Origin: Microcoleus sp.
Lineage (GTDB): Bacteria; Cyanobacteriota; Cyanobacteriia; Cyanobacteriales; Microcoleaceae
Length of the DNA: 64,000 nt
NCBI GenBank assembly: GCA_042408215.1
Contig: JAYFMW010000017.1
Location: 608,001 to 672,000 of the forward strand
Direction of reading: 5' to 3'
Below the pieces are notes generated by a model. That model saw nothing but the letters and a program-made list of their open reading frames with translations, was not told where the DNA came from and ran no database searches. Made by a program: the position numbers and the translations under genes. Positions within the stretch are counted from its first letter, which is position 1. Each line of letters begins with the position of its first letter. Shown here one piece after another: positions 11,501-20,847 of this stretch.

Positions 11501-11648
11501 CATTGTTGGTTTGTAGTGTTAAGTCTGTGTTTCTGGCTTGAGTTTCGGAAATGCGATCGGCATTATAAACTGTAGGCAGGAATGCAGCTTTTATAAGATT
11601 ACCCGCTTTGGCTCCCCATCCTTCGTTTCCTGGTAGTGCTTTTGTCAT
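8550..11648 (-). CDS. Coiled-coil + TPR + FGE-sulfatase (SUMF1/CLec-fold) domain protein, candidate DGR target
   Basis: TPRs (ANFNRGFAY, AWNNRGNAC), a 17-aa charged repeat, and FGE motifs [35 protein letters not shown]. Confidence 0.92.
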   Translation of the reverse strand: MTKALPGNEGWGAKAGNLIKAAFLPTVYNADRISETQARNTDLTLQTNNEIEASWQEIRKKELVLQEFQRQANLEFKAEEGHLNRSLQSELARLNRESQTQEGLLNRQLQEQIAKLNREFQAKENQLSREHQIELEILRSHLQKWCIEQQKELQLQLKNIEAQQARELRIYDRKTAIEAIQEQKRQGNSPIWLIAEDIVKSNPAQNPIPLRVFLSPPTLQFDRSGDGNDAAKGFPEMEKTLGIYLQQFFEKYLTQGRPVEFLSGAWTSKLFHSQAATQSMFRGLKTEPTLILESAAEGDIFNLSFGYWGLNWATYRYKSPIPMLPWREVLFDFAKDRALQWQAQRVAYIAEGNSVEEFDELYGTEAVNSFLHNLKIIEKERKCEAIGTDPAEIPRPYSIHKKDYQRFQQFIGICHCLIAGLLADEYFFLHVSPEVRQRPLLPQLLPDLLQDIPSEEQEQLVEIAINFYDMLYNVIAESESAWIPELKLDLAEGLLDLPDQRWATAQIFESVKAWLKLRGLSVPSGNKEILDALDAVLTIDDLKYVGKLNSCFAAVGKSHQLSVIESCYKRAIRRCQEEKYAAAIVDFNQVLQLNANLANANFNRGFAYAKLEQYRAAIEDYTQVLRLEPNHADAWNNRGNACYKLGAYEQAISDYTQALNLNPILPGVVHNRDVAQGVWDEKKRQQRLEEEEQQRRAEQERQRKLEEEEQQRRDEQERQRKLEEEEQQRRDEQERQRKLEEEEQQRRDEQERQRKLEKERQRDAEEEAKVKEFHFEIITVNNRGQEVSRQPGKASQKVEKLGNWVNLEMVYIPGGTFQMGSSESSSEQPLRQVTVKPFYLGKYPITQEQWEAVMGNNPSEFKGAKRPVEQVSWDDAVKFCQKLSQKTGKTYRLPAEAEWEYACRARTSTLFHFGETITPDLVNYDGNYPYGSAQSGLYRQQTTDVGSFPPNAFGLYDMHGNVWEWCSDRWHDNYNGAPTDGSSWETGTDDRRVLRGGSWLNVAVLCHSALRSRVSAGLRGSFFDFRVALVSG
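9370..9600 (-). repeat. In-frame 51-nt tandem repeat (KLEEEEQQRRDEQERQR, about 4 copies)
   Basis: Visible in both DNA and protein. Confidence 0.9.
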
Positions 11649-12030
11649 TTTTGTGTTCCTTTGGGTATGTGAATGTGTAAGTCTTAGTCAATCAAGCTGT
11701 GGGGAAAGTTCAGCAATAACCCTTTCTGTGAAGCCCAGACAAGGGGATGCAGAGCCTCTAGATCTGGATTTCCAGGCTCTGACTGGGAACCAGTTAAAGG
11801 GCTTTTTTGTGGGTGGGGCGGGTTTATTTAACCTGTCTGCACCCTTTAAAGCTTTTGGTAAACCTGTCCCTACAGGCTTTTTAGAATGGTACAAGATATG
11901 AGTTAAAACCGACTAAAAATTTGGGATAAAAAGGTTTTTAGTCCTCATAGCGAAGACTTTCGCTATGAGGGGTTTTAACCCCAGGTGGTCATTGCCACTG
12001 GTCAAGTATTCCTGAAACTTGTTTTTTTCC

Positions 12031-12816
12031 CTAATAAGTCCCGCCGCGATCGGTAAATAACATATGTGCCACACCTTCTAAATCAGTATCGGCTCGACCG
12101 ACTTCTTTACCATTTTCTCTATAAATGTAACCTGATTCTACTCGTCCTACAAAAGAATCATCAGCCCACCGACAAATCTGTCCGTTTTTACTAAGATATC
12201 GGATATGGTCAGATGTTGAGTTGTAAAAATCTCGCCCATGCACATGACAGACTATTTGTGTGGTTCCGTCGAGTTTGTGTAGGTGCAGGTCGCCAGTGCG
12301 ATCGATAGGAATGAATGGGCCGTCTCCAGAACTAGAATGGGAGGAGTTAAGGATGTGTGGCGCTGCATTTGTGTGGTTTTCGTGGTGATTTGTTGCGGAT
12401 GCAAACCCGGTTGCGGAATTGTGCTGGTGAGTATCTTGGTGGTAAGTGTCGTGGCTGTGAGTCCAATCTGTTTGGGGATGTTGCTGGTTGAAATTGTGCG
12501 ACGTATCAGTCCAATCGCTGTGAGTTGCTGATGTTTCTGTTGCGAATCCGTGTTCGGGATTTTGCCACTGATTATCTGCGTTGTGAGTGTCGTGGCTGTG
12601 AGTCCAGTCGCTTTGGGGATGTTGTTGGTTGAAATTGTGGGAATTATCGGCCTAATCGCTGTGGGTGATGTCTGATGTTGCTGGGTGGTTGAGGTTGTGG
12701 TCGTTGAGGTGTAAGTTGTTGTGGGAATGATCCAGATTGTTTGGTTGATGGGCGTCGAGACCGAGGGATTGCATGCAATCGTCTAACGGGGAGTTGCTGT
12801 CAGAGGTGTGATTCAT
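12031..12816 (-). pseudogene. His/Asn/Asp-rich low-complexity protein with one internal TAG
   Basis: ATG at 12816 is in frame with the stop at 12031. One TAG at 12652-12654 sits where the internal duplicate copy has TGG (HSD*AD vs HSDWTD). Confidence 0.75.
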
Positions 12817-13198
12817 GGGTTTGGGGAATGCTGGGGAGTTTTCTCTATTTTGACAAATTACTTTGTACTTTGCCTCCAGGGCGATTCCCTACGGGATAGC
12901 TTCGCTCGCGCGGACTTTTTGTGGCGATCGCGCCCTAGATTTTAGAGGCTTTGTGTAATATTAGGGAGACAAAAATTAACTAACAGCCGAGAAGTCCCTC
13001 GGTATATTTAGAGGGGAGATATCGGAGCGCTTGCGCTCAGTACCCCGAATAAATTACCGCAGGGATGAAAGGCGCGTCGGTCATCGCCCCCGGAGCCCGA
13101 CAATTAGACTTCGGGAGTACCTTAATTTTTGATGTACGTTCTAAATATTGTAGTAGGAAAATGGTATATTAAAGTAGGTCGAAAAAAGGAAGCTTCCA

Positions 13199-14599
13199 AT
13201 GCAACTGACATATAAATACCGCCTCAAACCCACAAAAGCCCAACTAATAACCATCGCAACCCACCTAGAACTCTGTCCTAGGCAGTACAACTATCGACTG
13301 GGTGAAAGATTTAGATGGTGGAAATCAACAAGAACGCCTATTAACGCCTGTCCTTTAACTGCTTCTATAGTTCCTGTCGAGGAAATCTATCAAAACATTC
13401 CCTTGCTCAGAACGCAAACTAGGAATGGCAAAAAAAAGATGATTCAGGCAATCCTTTAACTAGGAAAGGTGATATTTTCTCAAATATTGAAGGTGGTTAT
13501 GTGCAATGGCAAACCATACAGTTAGCCGACCTGAATAAAACTAAAAAGCTATTTCCTGAATACAAACTCTTGGATTCCCAGGTTTTACAAGATGTAGTTA
13601 ACAGAGTAGAAACTTCCTTTTCAAACTTTACTACACCTGACAAAAACGGGAATCGTAGAGGTAAACCCAAGTTCAAAGGTTTTCACTACTACAATTTTTT
13701 TACTTATCCTCAATTAGATAATTTAGATATTATCAAGGATGTGCCAAACAGGATTTGTATTGACCTTGCAAAAATAGGTCAAGTGCCGAGGGTTTTCCAT
13801 CGCCCAATACCGACAGGATTTAAGGTTAAGACGGGAACAGTTATCAGAGAAGCAGATAGGTGGCATATCTCCCTAACGCTAGAAGATAAAACAGTTCCCA
13901 TAACGGTTGCAGAAATTCAACCGACCTCAGAAAACAGTCTCGGTATTGATTTGGGAATCACCAATTATGTCTATATGTCCAATGGTGAAAGAATTGAAAA
14001 CCCTAGATTCTTGAGGAAGTCTGCTGAGAAATTAGCAAGACTTCAAGCGAAACTAGCTAAAAGAGATAGGGGTTCTAAACGTTGGCAGATTATTAAAGGC
14101 AAGATTTCTAAGCTTCACCAGTTTCTAGCCAGAGCGAGAGTTGATTTTCAGTTTAAAACGGCACAGGAGCTATTTGGCAAGTGTGATGTTTTGATTGTTG
14201 AAGATTTGAGTATCAAGAATCTAACCAGACGTGCCAAGGTCAAGACCGACATTGAGAATGGCAACTTAGTTTATTTGCCAAATGGTCAAGCGGCTAAGAG
14301 TGGCTTGAATAAATCAATGCTTGATGCTGATAATGGTCAATTCGCTACTGTTCTCAAATACGTTGCTTGGAAGTTAGGAAAGAGCGTTTTATTTGTTGAC
14401 CCCAAGGGGACTTCTCAACACTGTTGGAATTGCCTCAATAAAGTACCGAAAGAGTTATCGGAGCGATGGCATTCTTGTCAATGTGGGGAGTCCTTAGATA
14501 GAGATGAAAATTCAGCCAAACTTATAAAGAAGATTGGTCTAAATTACGAAAGTGGCGAGGGAACTTCGTCACTCAAAAAAGCCCTTGCAAAAAGGGAAA
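13199..14599 (+). pseudogene. tnpB: TnpB RNA-guided endonuclease, -1 frameshift at an A8 run; last codons lie beyond the intron (17079-17110)
   Basis: HTH start MQLTYKYRLKPT; RuvC motifs GIDLG, VEDL, DRDEN; zinc ribbon CWNC...CQC; frame change at 13430-13437. Confidence 0.88.
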
Positions 14600-17078
14600 G
14601 TGCGATTCGTTTAACCTAAAGTAAACTGAAAAGCTTTACGAGACGGTTAGCCCAGTTGATGAGACTGGTGATAACTGATTACATTTGTAGGTGAGACTCC
14701 GTGAGTCAAGTCCTACCCTCCAAGTGCAGGAGTGAAAGCATAGCCCCTAGTATACTGGGTAGCAACCATTAGGCTAAAGCGGGGTTAAAAGGTAGAACTA
14801 CTAGAAGCTGAATCTGGTAACTATCGAGCCAGAGTCCATGCGTAGCGAAAGCAGTGATGTATCTGAACCATCGTAATTTGCAATGGTGTAATAGCTGAAT
14901 CAGGATAAATCCGTTGAGAAACACGGTAAAGACTGATTAACACGCCCGCCAAAAGGCAAGGATAGGGCATAAGCGGTTTTTCCTCCGACTTATAAGCACC
15001 GCCCAAAAAACCCGGTGGATAGCATCGCGCTAAAGACTTAATCAATATGTAATCGGAACGAAGTAACTCTCTTAAATCTCTGGATAGGTCGATATTCAGT
15101 AAGTAGCTAACGAATGATGTAAGGGAGAGGGATTGTATCAAAAGCGAATGCCTCACTGTAATGGTGTGGATATGCTGACAGGTACACGGTAATTCCAATG
15201 GAGTAGAACAAGTAGCAATGAATATATCTAAAACGCTGAACAATCAGACGGTGGAGTGGAAAGACATCAAATGGCGAAAGTTAGAAAAGGTGGCTTTTAA
15301 GTTGCAAAAGCGCATATTCCAAGCGAGTGAACGTGGTGATGTTAAAGCAGTTCGCAAACTTCAGAAGACCCTGATTAGGTCTTGGTCTGCAAAATGTATT
15401 GCGGTGCGTAGGGTAACACAAGATAACCAAGGCAAAAATACGGCTGGTGTGGATGGCGTGAAATCCCTGACACAAAAGCAACGTACTAACCTTGTTGGTA
15501 AGTTAAAGTTGGAAGGCAAGGCAAAACCCACTCGTAGGGTTAATATTCCTAAACCTGGAACAACCGAAACTAGACCACTAGGAATCCCTACAATAAGCGA
15601 CCGCGCATTGCAGGCGCTATGTAAGATGGCGTTAGAACCAGAGTGGGAGGCAAAGTTTGAACCTAACTCTTATGGTTTTAGACCAGGGCGTTCCTGTCAC
15701 GATGCGATTGTGGCAATTCATACCAATATCAACCAAAAAGCCAAATATGTGCTGGATGCTGATATTGCTAAATGCTTTGATCGTATAGACCATAAAGTAT
15801 TACTCTCCAAAATATATACATACCCCACTCTAAGCCGTCAACTTAAGACATGGCTCAAAGCAGGGTACTGTGTGCAGGGTGAATTATTCCCTACTAATGA
15901 AGGTACACCACAGGGCGGGGTTATTTCTCCGCTACTGGCAAATATTGCCTTACACGGTATGGAAGAAAGAGTTAAACAGTATGCAGAAACCCTGATAATG
16001 CTCTCTCCTGGTGGATTCAAACTAAACAAAAACCAGAGAAAAGACACACTCAGCTTAATCCGCTACCCTGATGACTTCGCGATCATCATCCATGAGGATT
16101 TAAGCGTAGTCAAGAAATGTCAGGAGATAATTGCAGAATGGTTATGTGATATGGGATTGGAATTAAAACCAAGTAAGACAAAATTAACCCACACCCTCAT
16201 TGAGATTGATGGTAATGTTGGGTTTGAGTTCTTAGGATTCCATGTACAGCAGCATGAAGTAGGAAACTACCGTAGTGCCAATACATCACAGGGAACACCA
16301 CTAGGTTTTAAAACACTAATCACACCCTCAAATGCCAAGGTTAAAACCCATCTAGCCAAGATTGCTGAAGTAATAGATTCCCACAAAACCGCCCCACAAG
16401 CTGCTTTAATCAGCAAACTGAATCCAATAATCAGGGGATGGTCAAACTATTATTCAACACAGGTAAGCAAGGATACCTTCTCAAAGGTTGATATGCTGAC
16501 ATGGCAAAAGTTAAGAGCCTGGGCAAGAAAGAGAGGGGAAGGGGACATCAATAAAGACAAATACTGGCGAACAGTAGGCGATAGAAATTGGTGTTTCAGT
16601 ACCGAGGATGGATTAGAACTACTCACCCATGCAAGTACGCCAATCGTAAGGCATATCAAGGTCAAGGGAGAGGCTAGTCCGTTTAATGGAGACTGGGTTT
16701 ACTGGAATAAGCGAAGAGGCGAAAGCCCGGATACCCCAAGCAGAGTATCAAAATTAATCAAGAAACAAAAGGGTATCTGTTCTCACTGCGGTTTGTATTT
16801 TACCAGTACAGACATTGTAGAAGTTGACCATATTAAACCGACCTCGTTAGGTGGAAAAGACACCTATGACAACCTACAACTTTTGCATAAACACTGCCAC
16901 GACACAAAGACAGCAACAGACGGGTCAATGCGCTCCGAAGGAAGTGTTAAAACCTGATAGTTGGTCTTGAATCGTACCTATAACAAAGATGGAATTATCA
17001 AGGAGCGGAATGATGCGAAAGTATCACGTTCCGTTCTGAAGGAGAGGTAGGAGTGGTAACGCTCCTATCGACTCTAAC
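14600..17078 (+). mobile_element. Group II intron (IIB/chloroplast-like class)
   Basis: 5' GTGCG at 14600; domain V GAGCGGAATGATGCGAAAGTATCACGTTCCGTTC (17003-17036); domain VI hairpin ending CTCTAAC; candidate EBS1 loop TTTTTCCT (14977-14984) complementary to exon end GGGAAA. Confidence 0.93.
15218..16957 (+). CDS. ltrA: Group II intron-encoded reverse transcriptase/maturase with C-terminal HNH endonuclease
   Basis: TAGVDG, RPLGIP, PQGGVISPLLANI, RYPDDF (YADD position), NPIIRGWSNYY, C..C...EVDHI...NLQLLHKHCH. Confidence 0.95.
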   Translation: MNISKTLNNQTVEWKDIKWRKLEKVAFKLQKRIFQASERGDVKAVRKLQKTLIRSWSAKCIAVRRVTQDNQGKNTAGVDGVKSLTQKQRTNLVGKLKLEGKAKPTRRVNIPKPGTTETRPLGIPTISDRALQALCKMALEPEWEAKFEPNSYGFRPGRSCHDAIVAIHTNINQKAKYVLDADIAKCFDRIDHKVLLSKIYTYPTLSRQLKTWLKAGYCVQGELFPTNEGTPQGGVISPLLANIALHGMEERVKQYAETLIMLSPGGFKLNKNQRKDTLSLIRYPDDFAIIIHEDLSVVKKCQEIIAEWLCDMGLELKPSKTKLTHTLIEIDGNVGFEFLGFHVQQHEVGNYRSANTSQGTPLGFKTLITPSNAKVKTHLAKIAEVIDSHKTAPQAALISKLNPIIRGWSNYYSTQVSKDTFSKVDMLTWQKLRAWARKRGEGDINKDKYWRTVGDRNWCFSTEDGLELLTHASTPIVRHIKVKGEASPFNGDWVYWNKRRGESPDTPSRVSKLIKKQKGICSHCGLYFTSTDIVEVDHIKPTSLGGKDTYDNLQLLHKHCHDTKTATDGSMRSEGSVKT

Positions 17079-17228
17079 AAGAAGCCTGCGGTCTAACGGT
17101 ACGACCTTGACCGCCAGGTTCGTTCACGGATATTGGTGATGACAACGACTGTGAATCAAGCCAACTCCGAGTCAAGTGCAAAAATAGTTGTGGGTGCTAT
17201 GTTGGGGTGTAGGCTGTTGAGAACAAAC

Positions 17229-18077
17229 ATGAAGAGGGCTATTTTGAGTGGGGGAATTGTTGCGACAATTCTCAGTCTGGTATCGCCTGTGCAAGCTTTG
17301 CAGGTGAAGGTGATGCCGACAAATCCCGAACTGGGAGATACGCTGTCAGTAATGATTCAGGTAGACGGTAGCGGTGAAACTCCAACGGTTTCAGTACAAC
17401 AAAAAAACTACCCAGCTTTTCCGATGGGGAACAATCGCTTTCGGGCTCTGCTACCTACAACTCCCCTAGAGAAAGCTGGTGCCCGCCAAATTAAAGTCAC
17501 TGGTGACGGAAAGGTCCAAGACTTGAGCGTACAGGTGCGATCGCGCGATTTTCCCACTCAATCCATCTGGTTGCCGCCTGGGAAAGACGGTGAAGGTACT
17601 GATGCGGAATTCGATCGCGTAGACGTATTTAAAGCACTGGTGACACCCCAAAAGTTTTGGAATGGCCCACTTTTGCGTCCCAACTCTGGTGAAATTACTA
17701 CCATTTACGGTGTCCGCCGATACTATAATGGGGTGTTTGCCCAAGACTACTACCATCGAGGCATCGATTACGCCGGTGATTACGGTTCCCCTATCCTTGC
17801 ACCAGCAGCCGGTCGGGTGTCTCTGGTGGGACGCGAATCTCAAGGGTTCAAAATTCACGGCAATGTCGTTGGTATCGACCACGGTCAAGGGGTAGCAAGT
17901 ATTTTGATGCACCTGAGCCGCATTGATGTCAAGGAGGGCGATTTCGTGACAGCCGGTCAAGTAATTGGTGCTCTGGGGTCAACGGGGGCTGCGACAGGCC
18001 CTCACCTACACTGGGGACTTTATGTAAACGGGCAGGCGATCGATCCGGTACCTTGGCGACTTCAGGGAGTTGAGTAG
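17229..18077 (+). CDS. M23 family metallopeptidase with signal peptide
   Basis: HRGIDY, HLS, TGPHLHW motifs; likely ATG at 17229. Confidence 0.92.
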   Translation: MKRAILSGGIVATILSLVSPVQALQVKVMPTNPELGDTLSVMIQVDGSGETPTVSVQQKNYPAFPMGNNRFRALLPTTPLEKAGARQIKVTGDGKVQDLSVQVRSRDFPTQSIWLPPGKDGEGTDAEFDRVDVFKALVTPQKFWNGPLLRPNSGEITTIYGVRRYYNGVFAQDYYHRGIDYAGDYGSPILAPAAGRVSLVGRESQGFKIHGNVVGIDHGQGVASILMHLSRIDVKEGDFVTAGQVIGALGSTGAATGPHLHWGLYVNGQAIDPVPWRLQGVE

Positions 18078-18599
18078 GTATTTTCAGGGATTTTGATGAA
18101 TAAAGCCGTCTATTCTGGGGTAAGTTTGTGGCTGGGGTTTAAAACAGTAGCCTAAATTTCTAGAATTATCTAGATTTTTTCAGACTTCTAAAGCAGAGAG
18201 CAACAATCGTGATAAACTCGAAAAACGCTTAATTAGTGCGGGTTGTTAAAGCTTACTTGGCGTGAAAACCAGAGAAACACTTGACACAAACTAATCATCA
18301 AAAAACCAAATATTTCAAGTCCTCTGTTAATTTTAGCAGTCTCTAACTGGGAAGCTCAGGCCAACCTGAGCAATCAGGAAGCTTAGAGCACTCGATCGGG
18401 GCTAAACATAAACCGCTAAGTTTGACTGGGAGATTTCTGCTTGTTTTTAGAAGCGGTAGATAACTGAAATTGGTGATCCGTATTGAGTTTTGATTGGGAA
18501 CAAAATTCTCAACGACAGCCTCAAAACTCCAATCTCAAGACGCAAGTAATCGCGTCTTCACAAAACTCTATTATTGATGCCATTGAGCGGGAAGCCTAT

Positions 18600-19136
18600 A
18601 TGAGTATTGAAAAAATTGTTGAACAAGCTTTGCAGGATGGCTACTTAACGCCGTCTATGGAAGCTGAGGTGGGACGAATTTGCAATACGGCTTCGGAATT
18701 GTCGATCGAAGAGTATATGGCTCTCGATCGTCTGATGGGAGCTTTATTGACTGGGGAAGTTGTGGTTCTTCCTCGCAAACAGTTCATTAACGTGATGGAA
18801 GAGTTGGTGCTCAGTGATGCGATCGCCAGGGTGGCAGAAATTGAGGCTACCAGCGATCGGACTCTGGATGTGGGAGACATTGCCGCTTATGCTTTAAATA
18901 GGCTCCCACCTTTGTACGCTACAACTGAAGAAGGGGCTCTCTTTCAAAGGGCTAGGGCTAAAGAGCAACTTCACGATTTGATTGCCAAAGAAGTCAACGC
19001 AGCGATCGCCCGCAACTTGGATCGACCAGAACCGGTCAACCCCACAGCTTTGGGCAAGTCTTCTGGAAACGAAGTTCTCTCGCAGCTCAGCACTTGGCTA
19101 CAAGCCAACGCCACTAATTTTGAACCGAATCCCTAG
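18600..19136 (+). CDS. ComFB-family protein (CdgR-like, possible c-di-GMP receptor)
   Basis: INVMEELV...DIAAYALNRLPPLYATT ComFB motif; ATG at 18600. Confidence 0.85.
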   Translation: MSIEKIVEQALQDGYLTPSMEAEVGRICNTASELSIEEYMALDRLMGALLTGEVVVLPRKQFINVMEELVLSDAIARVAEIEATSDRTLDVGDIAAYALNRLPPLYATTEEGALFQRARAKEQLHDLIAKEVNAAIARNLDRPEPVNPTALGKSSGNEVLSQLSTWLQANATNFEPNP

Positions 19137-19732
19137 TTTAATCCCTACAGAGTACAGAGCTCTGTAGGTTAAGTCGATCGCCCTCAATTTAGAAGGCGCG
19201 ATTTTTAGTTTTTACTCAACACTCATTTGAAGGCTGAAGGCTGAAGGCTGAAGGCTGAAGGCTGAATTTTTCAAGTCAGAAGGCCTTCGTCAGAATTGCA
19301 GAAAAATTTAAAACTTCAGATTTTTTTGTTCGTTAATAGCTGGTAAAAGTATAGTCATCTATTACAGTGCCATGGGAGGCGTTGAGTCCCTCCCCTTTCG
19401 CTTTCACTTCGAGCGGATTAACCCTTCTAAAGCTGAACTACGCAGCTCTCTATCAAGAGTGCTAAACGCATTTGGGATTGCTTTTCTCAAAATATTGTAA
19501 GACCCGTTAACATCGGCGTTAATCAATCGATCCTTCTGACCATATGATACTACCATTGTCTATTGATGCTTACAATCTTAATGAAGTTTTACAATACCAA
19601 AAAACCTGCTTGCTTCTTGCTTCTTTTTACCCGCTCAGCTTCGCCGCTATAGCCTTCTTGCTGCTTGCTTCTTGCTTCTTTTTACCCGCTCAGCTTCGCC
19701 GCTATAGCCTTCTTCCTTCTGCCTTCCCATGA

Positions 19733-20446
19733 CTAATTGGTGCTGTCTGTCACCTCACCGGAGGGGCTAGCGCTGGCTTGAGTCTCTCGCTTTTCGCGTT
19801 TTTTCCGTTCCGCTTGGATCGCATCTTCCAGCACGATTCGCGCTTGGGCCATTTTTTCCAGATTGCTGCGGTAGAGGTCTAAATCTTTGCTAACTTTATC
19901 GAATGGCAGGTTTAAGGCTGCACAGACTTGTTTGAGGGCTGCGGTTCGGGTTTCTTGGTCTTTTACCAAATCGAGGTCAGCTTTTTCTAGCAGCGAAAAC
20001 AAGCCGATCGCGAACAAGCGGCTGTACTTAAATTGAGGGTTACTGGCGATCGCCCCTAAAGACGCTTGCAAATCCTGAGTATCTGCAAAACTGGTCGATC
20101 GTTCCAGCCACGCCACCAAGTCAGTACCGGAAAGTCGCATTGCCAAGCTTTCTAATCGCTGAGCGTCTTGCTTGTATCGATCGGGATCATCACCGAGAGC
20201 CTGACACAGACCATTAAAAATCGAAATCCGGTCTTTTTCTGGCGCGTACCCCAGCATGAATCGATCGAAAGCTGTCACCACACCCAAAGCATAAATCGGG
20301 TCGTATTGAAAATCGACATTCACCGAAAGCAAGTGCATTTCTACCATCAACTCTTCCACCACACGACGGTAAATTGAGTTAATCGGTCGAGTGTGAATCG
20401 TATAGAAACTTCGCTTAGTATCTGAAACAGTACGGTTCTTGTTCAC
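19733..20446 (-). CDS. psb29: Photosystem II biogenesis protein Psb29/Thf1
   Basis: [11 protein letters not shown]...[25 protein letters not shown]; probable GTG start at 20446. Confidence 0.95.
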   Translation of the reverse strand: MNKNRTVSDTKRSFYTIHTRPINSIYRRVVEELMVEMHLLSVNVDFQYDPIYALGVVTAFDRFMLGYAPEKDRISIFNGLCQALGDDPDRYKQDAQRLESLAMRLSGTDLVAWLERSTSFADTQDLQASLGAIASNPQFKYSRLFAIGLFSLLEKADLDLVKDQETRTAALKQVCAALNLPFDKVSKDLDLYRSNLEKMAQARIVLEDAIQAERKKREKRETQASASPSGEVTDSTN

Positions 20447-20847
20447 CTGAGTTTTATAGATAAATAATTTTGCCACAGCCTTGTGCTGGACAGCGTGAGT
20501 AAAATCGGGCGAGTTGCTCCGCGCGGGGGCTGACAAAAATTGCCAGTTTTTGCAATCGGTGTCGCCAGCAACGGAGCCAAAACTTGATAAATCAGCTACA
20601 GTCGGTGATTTACATATTTTTCCCAATTTTATTAGGGTCTCTCTACAATCATATCTTAGCTGGGATTGTTAAGAAACTTAATCTTCTGATTTACTCAGCT
20701 CATCATGGGCATAACACAATAAAGTTTTATTGTCAAGCTACAACCTCAATTATGCGATCGACATCGCGATCGAGGAATTTGGTCTGGGGCCCCCGGATTC
20801 ATCTGCGAGCTCAAATCTCAAATCTCAAATCTCAAATCTCAAATCCC

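Larger units (their letters stand above)
12988..17127 (+). mobile_element. IS200/IS605-family tnpB-only element interrupted by a group II intron (left end approximate)
   Basis: tnpB from 13199; a right-end-like sequence AAGAAGCCTGCGGTCTAACGG...GTTCAC resumes after the intron at 17079-17127. Confidence 0.75.

Noticed and set aside
11688..11894. Small 68-aa ORF upstream of the TPR-FGE gene
   Set aside because: No recognisable motif, non-ATG start and no clear RBS; cannot be supported.
15218..16957. DGR or retron reverse transcriptase serving the FGE genes
   Set aside because: It has maturase and HNH domains and lies within a recognisable group II intron RNA; no template repeat or avd is nearby.
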